Shown: positions 24,112 through 36,859, numbered from the whole stretch's first letter. The stretch: DNA of 63,730 bases, filler included, from Lama guanicoe (GCA_013239625.1; 187 parts of 187 records of this genome joined end to end with filler, not necessarily neighbours in it), one strand, 5' to 3'. Notes: generated by a model not told the origin, from the letters alone. Numbers and translations: made by a program.

Positions 24112-25916
24112 NNNNNNNNNNNNNNNNNNNNNNNNNNNNNNNNNNNNNNNNNNNNTTAATTAATTAANNNNNNNNNNNNNNNNNNNNNNNNNNNNNNNNN
24201 NNNNNNNNNNNGGTGTAAAAATGAATGGGCGGAATATTCATTGAGGAGGGAAGGGCTTGGAGTTGTATTTCCTGATTATCATCCCAAATCCACCTTCCCA
24301 AAGCACGGAGGGATTTTTGTCCTTATTTAGCCTGGGTCAGAAGTGTCATGGCGTCAGTGCATGATGGGTGCTTCTAATCTGCAAGGTGAATTTTATTGAA
24401 ATGAAGGCATAATGAGCAAAAGGTTATATTCGGACACTGGAAATTCCTGCCCNNNNNNNNNNNNNNNNNNNNNNNNNNNNNNNNNNNNNNNNNNNNTTAA
24501 TTAATTAANNNNNNNNNNNNNNNNNNNNNNNNNNNNNNNNNNNNNNNNNNNNCAGCAATGGATGGGCTTGGGTGGGCTCCCCAGGACCCTGCTGGTGGGA
24601 GACTATAAGCCCAGGAGAAACTCTGACCACAACCACATTTAACAGGTGGCGAGTCATCATGGGGCAGGCCGAGAGGGCGAAGATGAGCGAGATGGTGTCA
24701 CGACCTGCAGGGACTCCAGAAGTTCCCCAGGGCCCGTGGGGCTGGAGCCAGCCTGTATCAGCTCATGATGACTGACCGTATTTATTTCTTCCANNNNNNN
24801 NNNNNNNNNNNNNNNNNNNNNNNNNNNNNNNNNNNNNTTAATTAATTAANNNNNNNNNNNNNNNNNNNNNNNNNNNNNNNNNNNNNNNNNNNNCTGGGAA
24901 GGGCATCGTTAATTCGCTTCCTCCCTCATTCAACAGACACTTATTTGGCATCTACTGTTTACCAAGACATTGTTACTTGTTCAGGTTCACTTAGAGCCAA
25001 AACAACCCCCCAGAGGGAACTGGGGGCAAGTGCCCGTCGAGGAGTCCGACTCGTGCCTGCAGGCGGTGGGTGCCAGTTCCTCTGCGCTCTTCTTCCAAAA
25101 TTCACTCTGGAATAAAATCTACAGAGATTACTCTNNNNNNNNNNNNNNNNNNNNNNNNNNNNNNNNNNNNNNNNNNNNTTAATTAATTAANNNNNNNNNN
25201 NNNNNNNNNNNNNNNNNNNNNNNNNNNNNNNNNNAGCACCTGCTGCTGGGAGGGACTGAGGGTGAGTAGTCTGTGTTGGGCTGTTGGAGGGTGGTGGCAG
25301 TGCGACCCTGTGTGATCCTGGTCTCCTGGCCTGCCTTCCTTCTCACGGACAACGTCCTAACCACAGGGCTTCAGTGTCCCCTACCCTCGACTAGGCCTCC
25401 TTGCCCTTCTTGCTACAGCATGTCAGCACTGTCTGGGGAGTCCCACTGACACACCTGCCGGTCAGGGCCGCCTTCNNNNNNNNNNNNNNNNNNNNNNNNN
25501 NNNNNNNNNNNNNNNNNNNTTAATTAATTAANNNNNNNNNNNNNNNNNNNNNNNNNNNNNNNNNNNNNNNNNNNNACCAAGCCAGAAAAGATAAAGGCCA
25601 AGGAAATGTTTACATTGAAAGAAATATCACAACCAAATGCAATGTATGCTTCTATATTGGATCCCGGCATGATTAGGGTTGGGGGAAACTATAAATGACA
25701 TTATTGGGATATCTGGTAAACCTTTATGAAGGTCTGTGGATTAGATAACAGTACTGTGTCAATGTAAAATTTATGACTTTTGATCACCGCATTGTGCTTA
25801 TGTGAAAGAACGTCCTNNNNNNNNNNNNNNNNNNNNNNNNNNNNNNNNNNNNNNNNNNNNTTAATTAATTAANNNNNNNNNNNNNNNNNNNNNNNNNNNN
25901 NNNNNNNNNNNNNNNN

Positions 25917-26157
25917 TTCAATGTTAGCACACAGAAATACTATACTCCTCAAAATTGATCTACAATTTCAAGGTGATTTCTTACCAAGAACTCAGATGTC
26001 TTTTTTATATGCAGCATTGGACAAGCTGATCTTAAAAATCATTAGGAAATGCAAGAGGATCAGAATAACCAAAACAATTTTTAAAAATTAAAGTTGGAAG
26101 ATTCACATGTCCCAATTTCAAAACTTACTACAAAGTTCAGTAATCAAAACAGGATTA
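25917..26157 (+). mobile_element. L1 ORF2 fragment
   Basis: ttggacaagctgatcttaaaaatc...aaagttggaagattcacatgtcccaatttcaaaacttactacaaag. Confidence 0.85.
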
Positions 26158-26939
26158 NNNNNNNNNNNNNNNNNNNNNNNNNNNNNNNNNNNNNNNNNNN
26201 NTTAATTAATTAANNNNNNNNNNNNNNNNNNNNNNNNNNNNNNNNNNNNNNNNNNNNAAAAAAAAAAGTTCTGTCACTTATAGTCTCAGTGTCCAGAATC
26301 AATGCCTCTTTATGAATTAGACACAGGTCAGCTGGCTTCAAACACTCCCCTTTCTTCCCCATAGTACACACTCCAACATTGCTCATGGAGTGGGGGCTCC
26401 TTTGTTTTCTTGGAATTTATCTTGGTGACCTCATTTTTAATCTGTCTCCTGTCCTTTCAGTGTATCCTCACATAAAAAGGCACTAAAAGAATCTAAAANN
26501 NNNNNNNNNNNNNNNNNNNNNNNNNNNNNNNNNNNNNNNNNNTTAATTAATTAANNNNNNNNNNNNNNNNNNNNNNNNNNNNNNNNNNNNNNNNNNNNCT
26601 GTAGTCCTTCTACCCCAGGTTACTTGGAGGCAGATCAACATTGTATCATTTCAAATATTTATTTCAGTATCTTGAGCAATGCTGTAATCTAATTCTATTC
26701 CTATTTTATTTACTAGCTTGACTATTTCCATAGAGAGAGCCTTTCCCTCACCCGATAGTGGGGTACCCTCAGGTTTGAATTGTACAGGAAGGAGGGAGGA
26801 AGTGTGAAACCACGCGGCTCCCAAGCAGCCACCAGGCGGNNNNNNNNNNNNNNNNNNNNNNNNNNNNNNNNNNNNNNNNNNNNTTAATTAATTAANNNNN
26901 NNNNNNNNNNNNNNNNNNNNNNNNNNNNNNNNNNNNNNN

Positions 26940-27180
26940 TCCTTGGTTAAATTTATTTCTAAATATTTTATTGGGTTGATTCATTTATAAATGGATTGTT
27001 TTCTAAATTTATATTTTGACAGTTTGTAACTAAAGAAATGCAACTGATTTTTGTATATTAATTTTGTATACTGCAACTTTACTGAATCTGTGTATTAGTT
27101 CTAAAAGGTTTTGGTAGGGTCTTAGGGTTTTCCATAGATAAGATCATATCTTCTGCAAACAAAGACAGTTTTACTTCTTC
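26940..27180 (-). mobile_element. L1 ORF2 (RT region) fragment
   Basis: aatgcaactgatttttgtatattaattttgtatactgcaactttactgaat...atcatatcttctgcaaacaaagacagttttacttcttc. The reverse complement covers the FADD-motif region. Confidence 0.9.
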
Positions 27181-27621
27181 NNNNNNNNNNNNNNNNNNNN
27201 NNNNNNNNNNNNNNNNNNNNNNNNTTAATTAATTAANNNNNNNNNNNNNNNNNNNNNNNNNNNNNNNNNNNNNNNNNNNNTAGTATGATATCTCTAGATC
27301 CATCTACATTGCTGCACTAGCATTATTTCATTTTCATGGCTGAGTAGTATTCCTTTGTATACACACACTACACCTCTTTATCCAGCCACCTGTGGTGGAC
27401 ATGTGGATTGCTGAGGATTTAGACAAGGGGCCAGTTCCCAGAAGAGCTCTCTCACCACAGTTGACTCTAATATGAGATGGATGTGTGGCCAGAGGAACCC
27501 AGCAGAGTGGGTTTGTTGATGNNNNNNNNNNNNNNNNNNNNNNNNNNNNNNNNNNNNNNNNNNNNTTAATTAATTAANNNNNNNNNNNNNNNNNNNNNNN
27601 NNNNNNNNNNNNNNNNNNNNN

Positions 27622-27681
27622 GATTGAACCCAGAACCTCATGCATGCTGAGCACACACTACCACTGAGCTACACCCTTCCC
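27622..27681 (-). mobile_element. Camelid vic-1-type tRNA-derived SINE, 5' part
   Basis: The reverse complement gggaagggtgtagctcagtggtagtgtgtgctcagcatgcatgaggttctgggttcaatc has tRNA A and B boxes. L1 3' UTR sequence follows. Confidence 0.75.
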
Positions 27682-27962
27682 TTAAAATCCACTCATGTAA
27701 AGTACGCAGTTCAGTGGGTTTTAGAATATTCACAGGACTGTGTAACCGTCACCACTATCTAATTTTAGAACAATTTTATCACTTCAAAAAGTAACTCCTT
27801 ACCCCTTAGCAGTCACTTCCCATTCGTCCCTCCCCCTAGTGTCTCCTCCATGGTTTGCCTCTNNNNNNNNNNNNNNNNNNNNNNNNNNNNNNNNNNNNNN
27901 NNNNNNTTAATTAATTAANNNNNNNNNNNNNNNNNNNNNNNNNNNNNNNNNNNNNNNNNNNN

Positions 27963-28203
27963 TTTAATTGGGTTATTTGTTATTTTGAATTTGCATTGTA
28001 TGAGTTCTTTGCATATTTTGGATATTAACCCCTTATCAGAAATATAGTTTGAAAATACTTTCTCCCGTTCATTTGGTGGCCTTTTTGTTTTGTTGGTGGT
28101 TTTTCATTGCTGTGCAAAAGCTTTTTAGTTTGATATACTCCCATTTGCTTGTTTTTGCTTTTGTTTCCATTGCCCTAAGAGATACATGCAAAAAAATATA
28201 TAT
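27963..28203 (-). mobile_element. L1 ORF2 3' fragment
   Basis: atattttggatattaaccccttatcaga...tgctgtgcaaaagctttttagtttgat. Confidence 0.9.
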
Positions 28204-28687
28204 NNNNNNNNNNNNNNNNNNNNNNNNNNNNNNNNNNNNNNNNNNNNTTAATTAATTAANNNNNNNNNNNNNNNNNNNNNNNNNNNNNNNNNNNNNNNNN
28301 NNNTCATTCTTTTTCTCAGGCTTATCACAAATATTCCTTGAATCTAAAAGTATTAAGCTGGTAAATACAGTATTAAACTCTCTGAACCTTATACATGCTT
28401 AGCTTTTTATCACAATACTTAAATCTACTAAATACTTAATAAAAAGAACACTCTCTCTCCCTTGCTATTGTTTATTAGCTTTTAATATTTATGAATTTTA
28501 TGTCTTCTTTATAAATTTGTATAAGCATTTTACATACACATGCANNNNNNNNNNNNNNNNNNNNNNNNNNNNNNNNNNNNNNNNNNNNTTAATTAATTAA
28601 NNNNNNNNNNNNNNNNNNNNNNNNNNNNNNNNNNNNNNNNNNNNAAAAACAAAAACAAAATAAAAGAAAATCCAGAAATACCATGCA

Positions 28688-28885
28688 GCAGGAGTCACCA
28701 AACAATAACCTATTGTCTGATTTCATAAATCAAGTTTTATTGGATGATGATCATGCCCATTTGTTCATATATTTGTCTATGACTCCTTCCATGTGATGAT
28801 GGCAGAGTTGAATAGTTGCACAAAGACCTGATGGCCCATGAAGCCTAAAATTTTATTATCTGGCTCTAGAGAGAAAAACTTTGTC
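28688..28885 (+). mobile_element. MER58A-like hAT-Charlie MITE
   Basis: aagttttattgga...ggcagagttgaatagttgc...tggcccatgaagcctaaaattttattatctggc. Confidence 0.8.
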
Positions 28886-28985
28886 NNNNNNNNNNNNNNN
28901 NNNNNNNNNNNNNNNNNNNNNNNNNNNNNTTAATTAATTAANNNNNNNNNNNNNNNNNNNNNNNNNNNNNNNNNNNNNNNNNNNN

Positions 28986-29226
28986 GATGAATAAAATGTG
29001 GTATGTATCCATACAATGAAATACTATTGGCAATGAAAAGAAATGAATTACTGATACATGCAAGAACACAGATGACTCCTAAAAACATTATGCTAAGAGA
29101 AAGAAGGTGTTACCAAAGACAACACATTATATGATTCCACTTATATGAAATGTTCAGAATAGGTGAAATAGAGAAACGGAAAGTGGATTAGTGGTTTCTC
29201 AGGGCTGAGAGGGATTTGGGGATTCG
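28986..29226 (+). mobile_element. L1M 3' end fragment
   Basis: gatgaataaaatgtggtatgtatccatacaatgaaatactatt...tatgattccacttatatgaaatgttcagaataggt. Confidence 0.85.
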
Positions 29227-30008
29227 NNNNNNNNNNNNNNNNNNNNNNNNNNNNNNNNNNNNNNNNNNNNTTAATTAATTAANNNNNNNNNNNNNNNNNN
29301 NNNNNNNNNNNNNNNNNNNNNNNNNNCGCTGTCCCCGGGGCAGGGTCCCCTCCGCCCCCCGGGATTGGTGGGGGGGCAGCAGCCTCGCGCCGCGCGCCGC
29401 CCGCAGGACGTCTCTGATACATTTGCATCCTTGAGGAGCATCTGCAGAAGAGGACGGAAAAGATGGGCATGAACACATCTACTTAAAGTTCCTCTTCCCA
29501 CAGCCAGGAAATGCTTGCAAAGCTACACATGCCGCGAAATGATGGCCGTTTCTGTGCTGTCACCATCNNNNNNNNNNNNNNNNNNNNNNNNNNNNNNNNN
29601 NNNNNNNNNNNTTAATTAATTAANNNNNNNNNNNNNNNNNNNNNNNNNNNNNNNNNNNNNNNNNNNNAGATGTGCTGCCTTGATTTAAACACTGGTCAGA
29701 AAAAGTTAACCTGCTTCATTTACATACCTTTATCCAGTGCAACTTAGTTTTTCCTCATGGGTGGGCGTTAAATGACAGGACTGTGCGGAGTCAGGGCTTC
29801 GCCAAGGAAACGGCCACAAAGAGGCTCAGACATGGGGAGTGCTGGTCACACTCTCCTCGGCCATCACAGGCTCCTCCCTCTCCCCTTTGCACAGCTGGTG
29901 CTGTCTTGNNNNNNNNNNNNNNNNNNNNNNNNNNNNNNNNNNNNNNNNNNNNTTAATTAATTAANNNNNNNNNNNNNNNNNNNNNNNNNNNNNNNNNNNN
30001 NNNNNNNN

Positions 30009-30249
30009 TCACACGGCCGCGGGTCCTGGGCTCCGCGCTGCTCCGCGGAGGCGGCCCTGTCGCGGCGTCGCGGAGGCCGTCAACCAGAAGGACGGCGGCC
30101 GGCCCGAGGGGCCGCGGGGGGCCGGAGCCGACGTCGGAAGGGGCGGGGGCCGCGGGGCGGACGGGCGGACGCGCCCTGCCCCCGTCCCCGGCGTCCACAC
30201 GGCGGGCCGGGCCGGGCGCAGCCGGGCGGTGACGCGGCGGTCACGTGAC
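30009..30249. promoter_or_regulatory. CpG-island promoter fragment with CLEAR/USF E-box, GC boxes and ETS core
   Basis: Very high CpG density. Perfect palindrome GTCACGTGAC at 30240-30249, plus GGGGCGGGG and CGGAAG. Confidence 0.7.
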
Positions 30250-30411
30250 NNNNNNNNNNNNNNNNNNNNNNNNNNNNNNNNNNNNNNNNNNNNTTAATTA
30301 ATTAANNNNNNNNNNNNNNNNNNNNNNNNNNNNNNNNNNNNNNNNNNNNTGTCCAGAAGACTTAGCAAGTCCCTGTCACACATCGGTTACCTGCATGGAC
30401 TCCTGCTCAAG

Positions 30412-30590
30412 GCTGCCTGGGTTCAAACCCCGGCTCCACTACTTACTAGCCATGTAACCTCAGATGAGTTGCTTAACCCCTTTACGCCCTGTGCCCTTCT
30501 CTGTAAGATGGGAATAATCCTAGTGTAGGGTGGTTTTGAAAATTAGATGGGATGGTAGCAGAGCCATGCCTGGCACTTACGATGTGCTCA
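30412..30590 (+). mobile_element. MIR SINE
   Basis: ctgcctgggttcaaaccccggctccactacttactagc...ctgtaagatgggaataat...cctggcac. Confidence 0.85.
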
Positions 30591-33500
30591 NNNNNNNNNN
30601 NNNNNNNNNNNNNNNNNNNNNNNNNNNNNNNNNNTTAATTAATTAANNNNNNNNNNNNNNNNNNNNNNNNNNNNNNNNNNNNNNNNNNNNCGGTCACTTT
30701 GGATCAGGCCAGTGTCATGAAGTTATAGTTACAGGTCTGAGGATGAGAGTGGAACCTACTCTAGTCAAACAACCCACACTGAAACCTTAATTGTCAAGTC
30801 TACAGTTGGCTCCTTAGTCTCCAGTCCTGCTCTCATATTTAAAATATCACTACTGAAATGTTTTAGATCAGTGCCAAAATAAGAAATTGATAGAAACTAG
30901 GGATTATGATAAAGGCAATATTTTTGTTTTGNNNNNNNNNNNNNNNNNNNNNNNNNNNNNNNNNNNNNNNNNNNNTTAATTAATTAANNNNNNNNNNNNN
31001 NNNNNNNNNNNNNNNNNNNNNNNNNNNNNNNGAATAATATTATGCCAAATATGGCCGGAAAGGGTTAATCTCGATATTATATAACCAGCCCCGAAGTGGT
31101 AAGAAAGCTATCTGGAGTTCATGCCAGAGGAAATAGAGTCAGCAAGTAAACACACAGGAAAGCTATTCAGTCTTGCTAGTAATCAAAGTAATTTCACTTA
31201 AAACAATGAAACAACACTTTAACCCTAGTAAATTAGCTCGAAGAGCCTTGTGAGGACTTGATACAGTGCTGGNNNNNNNNNNNNNNNNNNNNNNNNNNNN
31301 NNNNNNNNNNNNNNNNTTAATTAATTAANNNNNNNNNNNNNNNNNNNNNNNNNNNNNNNNNNNNNNNNNNNNAGAGCTCTCTGCCTCCTCTCCCAGGACA
31401 CGCTTCTCCCCGGCTCACTCCAAGGCTCCCATCGAGGAGGGGGCCATCCGACAGGGCTTGTAGGCACTTGGAGGAAGAGCAGCTCTAGGGAGAAGAAAGG
31501 CAAGAAAATTAGTGCGGGGAGATAAGGAGGCTGTGAGCAAAATAGCTACTGGAAAGTGCTGGCGCCCTACTAACATCTGCAAGGTTTCTCCTCACAGTCA
31601 GGGACACAATAGANNNNNNNNNNNNNNNNNNNNNNNNNNNNNNNNNNNNNNNNNNNNTTAATTAATTAANNNNNNNNNNNNNNNNNNNNNNNNNNNNNNN
31701 NNNNNNNNNNNNNTTCTACAGAGAAAACTGTCCTGGATGCTGCTCAGGTAACCACCTCCATAAGGATGTAATTACTAAAGCCTCCATTTGTTAGTGGATT
31801 AAGCATCCTTAGTCATGTCTGTATCCGATCAATAAACGTCATTGAGACTGGAGCTGAAACTAACTTTATTTCTATCACAAAGTTTAGAAAGAAATCAACA
31901 TCCACCATGATTCTCTTCCTGGATACATGACATCTCCTGCCACAGGCGCCCCCCNNNNNNNNNNNNNNNNNNNNNNNNNNNNNNNNNNNNNNNNNNNNTT
32001 AATTAATTAANNNNNNNNNNNNNNNNNNNNNNNNNNNNNNNNNNNNNNNNNNNNAAGTGATTGCTTCCATATTGAAATAAATTCATTTGAGTAACAAATT
32101 CCAATGCAACATATATCTATGATGCCTAATAGTTATGAGGAGTGGATGTGGTTTACACTAATTTGACCACACCCCCTGCTTCTAGAATTCTCTGGAGTGG
32201 AAATGATCTAATCTTGCTTCACTGCAAATATACTGACATCATCAAAAAGGAGTTCTCTCAAGGTTCCTCATCAATTCCAAAAGTACCTAATTAGCNNNNN
32301 NNNNNNNNNNNNNNNNNNNNNNNNNNNNNNNNNNNNNNNTTAATTAATTAANNNNNNNNNNNNNNNNNNNNNNNNNNNNNNNNNNNNNNNNNNNNCTTCC
32401 TTCAGTTCTCTGCTCAATACGGCAGAACAGGGGTTTCCAACATTTATTCCCCCCACAGAAACGATAATTCTGACAATCTCCCATGAATGAGAATATCACT
32501 GTGGAAATTCTGGAGTCCAGCCGAGGGGTACTGGCACCCTGTTGAAGCAAAGAATGTAAGAAGAGCTGCATAAGAGAATCAAAGAATATTTTCATTACCT
32601 GTGTCATCCCTTCCCTAAGGCAGCACAGCTCAGTGCNNNNNNNNNNNNNNNNNNNNNNNNNNNNNNNNNNNNNNNNNNNNTTAATTAATTAANNNNNNNN
32701 NNNNNNNNNNNNNNNNNNNNNNNNNNNNNNNNNNNNCTAATAAATGCTTGCTACACACACATACATGCTTAAATAAAAATGCAAACGACACATAAAGGCA
32801 TAAGTCAAGTCATCCTCGAGTCTGAATTATTAAAAGAGAGACATGTTTCCTGTAATGAAAGAAAGCCCTCTAGGATTTAAAACACAAGGAATACAGAGGG
32901 ATTGTGGACGGCATATGTGCAGCTGGAATATAACGGGTCAATTAAAGAAGAAATTATGCACAGAGATTCTAGAAGAANNNNNNNNNNNNNNNNNNNNNNN
33001 NNNNNNNNNNNNNNNNNNNNNTTAATTAATTAANNNNNNNNNNNNNNNNNNNNNNNNNNNNNNNNNNNNNNNNNNNNATCCTGCTGCAATGTCTTTTCTC
33101 CAGAAACCTGCACCTCTGGCCTGGTGGGGAGATGCTTATGACCAGTGTCGCAGAGGAAAACCCTTGGGGCTGATTTGGAGAGGTTTGCAGATGATATGAA
33201 GACACCCCTAAGAGTTAGCCATCTTGGTCCTTTCAGCCCCATCGGGGACATCCCTGAAGGACAGCAGTGGTGGAGAATTCTCCTGGATTGATAAGTGACG
33301 ATTGGAGCTGGGTGCCTGNNNNNNNNNNNNNNNNNNNNNNNNNNNNNNNNNNNNNNNNNNNNTTAATTAATTAANNNNNNNNNNNNNNNNNNNNNNNNNN
33401 NNNNNNNNNNNNNNNNNNAAACGTACTTACTAATGTCAAATAGGAAACAGCAACTCACTAACTAAAGACTAATAAAATAAACTGGATAGTCAAACTCTGA

Positions 33501-33759
33501 ACATTTAATGGAACTTTTTCTTTTTAAGATCTCACCAACAGTGAAACTACGGCTAAGTATAAAAAATAATAAACTCCATCTGTACCAATGCTGGCAATTC
33601 ACAGTGCGCGTTTATATATCACCTCAAAATATCTCAAAACTCAGACATAATAAAAGGATNNNNNNNNNNNNNNNNNNNNNNNNNNNNNNNNNNNNNNNNN
33701 NNNTTAATTAATTAANNNNNNNNNNNNNNNNNNNNNNNNNNNNNNNNNNNNNNNNNNNN

Positions 33760-34000
33760 AGACTGATATAAGAAAATATTCCTATGATATATATCCAATA
33801 GAGTATTATCTATATTCTCTTCTAGCATTTTTATAGTATCAGGTCTTACATTTACATACTTAATACACTTGGAGTTTATTTTTGTATATGATTTCAGGGA
33901 ATGTTCTAATTTCACTGTGCTACATGTAGATGTCGAGCTTTCCAAACACAGTCCATTGACGAGACTGTCTTTTCTGCATTGTGTACTCTTGCCTCCTTTA
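33760..34000 (-). mobile_element. L1 ORF2 C-terminal fragment
   Basis: The minus frame KLEHSLKSYTKINSKCIKYVNVRPDTIKMLEENI matches L1 ORF2 YTKINSKWIKDLNVRPETIKLLEENIG. Confidence 0.9.
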
Positions 34001-34441
34001 NNNNNNNNNNNNNNNNNNNNNNNNNNNNNNNNNNNNNNNNNNNNTTAATTAATTAANNNNNNNNNNNNNNNNNNNNNNNNNNNNNNNNNNNNNNNNNNNN
34101 TGGAGTCACTTATAAATGGTAGTGGTAATAGCAGTAGCAGGAGCTGCAGCCACACTAAACAGGAAGCTGCTGGTGACGACTGTTGTTAAGGCTTGAAAAT
34201 ATCTTCCATTGGCTTGTATGTACCAATCACAAGACAGCATGAAGATATGCTCGCCACATTTTCAGTGACAAAAATCAAGTGGAAGATACCAGAGACTTTC
34301 ATGCTAGTGTGTTTCAATTAGTGAAAACAGATACTGGATACNNNNNNNNNNNNNNNNNNNNNNNNNNNNNNNNNNNNNNNNNNNNTTAATTAATTAANNN
34401 NNNNNNNNNNNNNNNNNNNNNNNNNNNNNNNNNNNNNNNNN

Positions 34442-34682
34442 AATAGAAATGAAACTTCCTCAACTTGAAAGATTATCTACCCCAAAAAAAAAAACCTGCA
34501 GCTAGCATCATTTAATGGTGAGAAACTCAGGCTTTTTCACTGAGATCAGGAAAAAAAACAAGCATGTTCACTTTCACCACATCTTTTCAACATGAAGTCC
34601 TAATTATTGCAACATGACAAGAAAAGGAAATAAAATGCATACCGTTTGGGGAGGGAGAAATACAATTCTTTGTTCACAAATG
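34442..34682 (+). mobile_element. L1 ORF2 (RT region) fragment
   Basis: tttaatggtgagaaactc...ctgagatcaggaa...gacaagaaaaggaaataaaa. Confidence 0.85.
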
Positions 34683-35123
34683 NNNNNNNNNNNNNNNNNN
34701 NNNNNNNNNNNNNNNNNNNNNNNNNNTTAATTAATTAANNNNNNNNNNNNNNNNNNNNNNNNNNNNNNNNNNNNNNNNNNNNGGGGCCGGGGCTGCAGGG
34801 TGTCGGTGGCTTATCGCAAATATAATCAAGGCTGCACTAAACATCCTGGGATGTGTTCTGTTACACATGCAGCTACTTCTGTGGGATGACTTCCCAAGGG
34901 GCATGTCTAGGCCAAAGTGCGTGCCCGTGTGAGAGAGCGACAGGTGTCAGGGCGTCATTTTTTCAGCCCCCTTCCAGCCTGTTGTTGGTGTATCTCTCTT
35001 CTTTTTCAAAATGGCAGCACCTANNNNNNNNNNNNNNNNNNNNNNNNNNNNNNNNNNNNNNNNNNNNTTAATTAATTAANNNNNNNNNNNNNNNNNNNNN
35101 NNNNNNNNNNNNNNNNNNNNNNN

Positions 35124-35364
35124 ATGAGTCAGGGGAATAAAGCAGTGGGGAATACACCGAGGTGCATGCCCCAGTGGATTAAACTAGTGGGGTATCAACC
35201 GCCGAGCATGTCCCAATGGAATAAACCCGTGGGGAGAACGAAGCTGTGAATGCCACAGTGAAATAAACCAGTGGGGTCTACGGCGCGCTACATGCCCCAG
35301 TGGAATAAACCAGTGGGTTCTCAGCCATGCTATATACCTCAGTGGAATAAACCAGTGGCGAATA
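35124..35364 (+). repeat. 42-bp tandem repeat: 27-bp conserved part plus 15-bp variable part, ~5.7 copies
   Basis: Units start at 35124, 35166, 35208, 35250, 35292 and 35334 with no indels. Conserved consensus ATGCCCCAGTGGAATAAACCAGTGGGG. Confidence 0.92.
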
Positions 35365-35805
35365 NNNNNNNNNNNNNNNNNNNNNNNNNNNNNNNNNNNN
35401 NNNNNNNNTTAATTAATTAANNNNNNNNNNNNNNNNNNNNNNNNNNNNNNNNNNNNNNNNNNNNCACATATACAATATATTGCATGTAAATACATATATA
35501 CAATATACTGCACGTTTTAAAAAATTTACATGTATGTACTGTTCATTGTTTCTAACAGTTTAGAACGTTAGCTTTTTAAACTTATACAGTTATCAAAGGA
35601 ATAAAACCAACCACAAACTAAGAATCAACAGAATTCAGTAATCCAATCATAAAGAGCAGTCAAATATGCTTACACATATTCAAGAAATCAATCATCTAAG
35701 TTATANNNNNNNNNNNNNNNNNNNNNNNNNNNNNNNNNNNNNNNNNNNNTTAATTAATTAANNNNNNNNNNNNNNNNNNNNNNNNNNNNNNNNNNNNNNN
35801 NNNNN

Positions 35806-36046
35806 CCTCAACAGCCTGAAGCAGGCGGCGGTGGCCCTGGCCAGCGGCGCGGGCGTGCTGGGCACTGTGCACGTGGCTGCCCAGGCTGCGCCGCAGGGCG
35901 GCTGGTCAGCGCTGCTGCCCACAGCCGAGGGGCGGCCCGGGTGCTCTGTGCCCTCCTGCCCTGCGCGGTGGGCTCGGGCTCAGAGCAGGGGCGCGGCGGG
36001 CTGGGCTGGGCTGGGCAGGTGGGCACTGGAGAGGCCGCCAGGAGGG
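35806..36046. other. CpG-rich fragment, possibly exonic
   Basis: High GC and CpG. A + frame reads LNSLKQAAVALASGAGVLGTVHVAAQAAPQGGWSALL with C/G-ending codons; no family recognised. Confidence 0.3.
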
Positions 36047-36859
36047 NNNNNNNNNNNNNNNNNNNNNNNNNNNNNNNNNNNNNNNNNNNNTTAATTAATT
36101 AANNNNNNNNNNNNNNNNNNNNNNNNNNNNNNNNNNNNNNNNNNNNCCACTGCAACAGCATGAAAATAGATGGACCACACTGTTGCCTGGAAACCGGTCC
36201 ACCTCTCCGGAAGATGGGCACAGTCTTGAGCCCAGGAAGCACGAAGGGCCCACCCACCTCCCAGGCACCCTGTCTCTTCTGGGCTGTTCGGGGAGGATCC
36301 CGGTAACCTGACCACCACGCAGGGGGCTTTGTCCAGAAACCTTTGTAGAATCTCTAAAACAAGGAAGGCTGTTGCTGGAGAGCATAANNNNNNNNNNNNN
36401 NNNNNNNNNNNNNNNNNNNNNNNNNNNNNNNTTAATTAATTAANNNNNNNNNNNNNNNNNNNNNNNNNNNNNNNNNNNNNNNNNNNNCTTTCCAGGGTGG
36501 GACCTGGCATTTGAGCAGGGAAGGAAAAACCAGCTATGTGAGCACAACTTGCCCCAGGAATCTTCAGCAGCAGGAAGGCACCAGACTCCAGATAGGCCCC
36601 CATGATGGGTGGTACCAAAGAGGTCTAGAAAGACCCCAAAGGGGAGCGGTGTGACTTCCTAATTTTGCTGGTGGCTAGCCCGGGTGTTTCCACAGCAAAA
36701 CCTCTCTGCCTGGGATGAGCTCAGCCACNNNNNNNNNNNNNNNNNNNNNNNNNNNNNNNNNNNNNNNNNNNNTTAATTAATTAANNNNNNNNNNNNNNNN
36801 NNNNNNNNNNNNNNNNNNNNNNNNNNNNTAAGATTATGCAAGAGAATGAAGCAGGGTAC

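Noticed and set aside
33078..33318. Minus-strand frame open across the contig (...APRVFLCDTGHKHLPTRPEVQVSG...)
   Set aside because: Only vague resemblance to ERV env or testis gene families. An open frame of this length can arise by chance among 187 contigs in six frames.
35124..35364. CRISPR array call for the 42-bp repeat-spacer structure
   Set aside because: The spacers are only 15 bp and partly similar to each other, the repeats are degenerate, there is no cas or leader evidence, and the context is mammalian. Kept as a tandem repeat finding.
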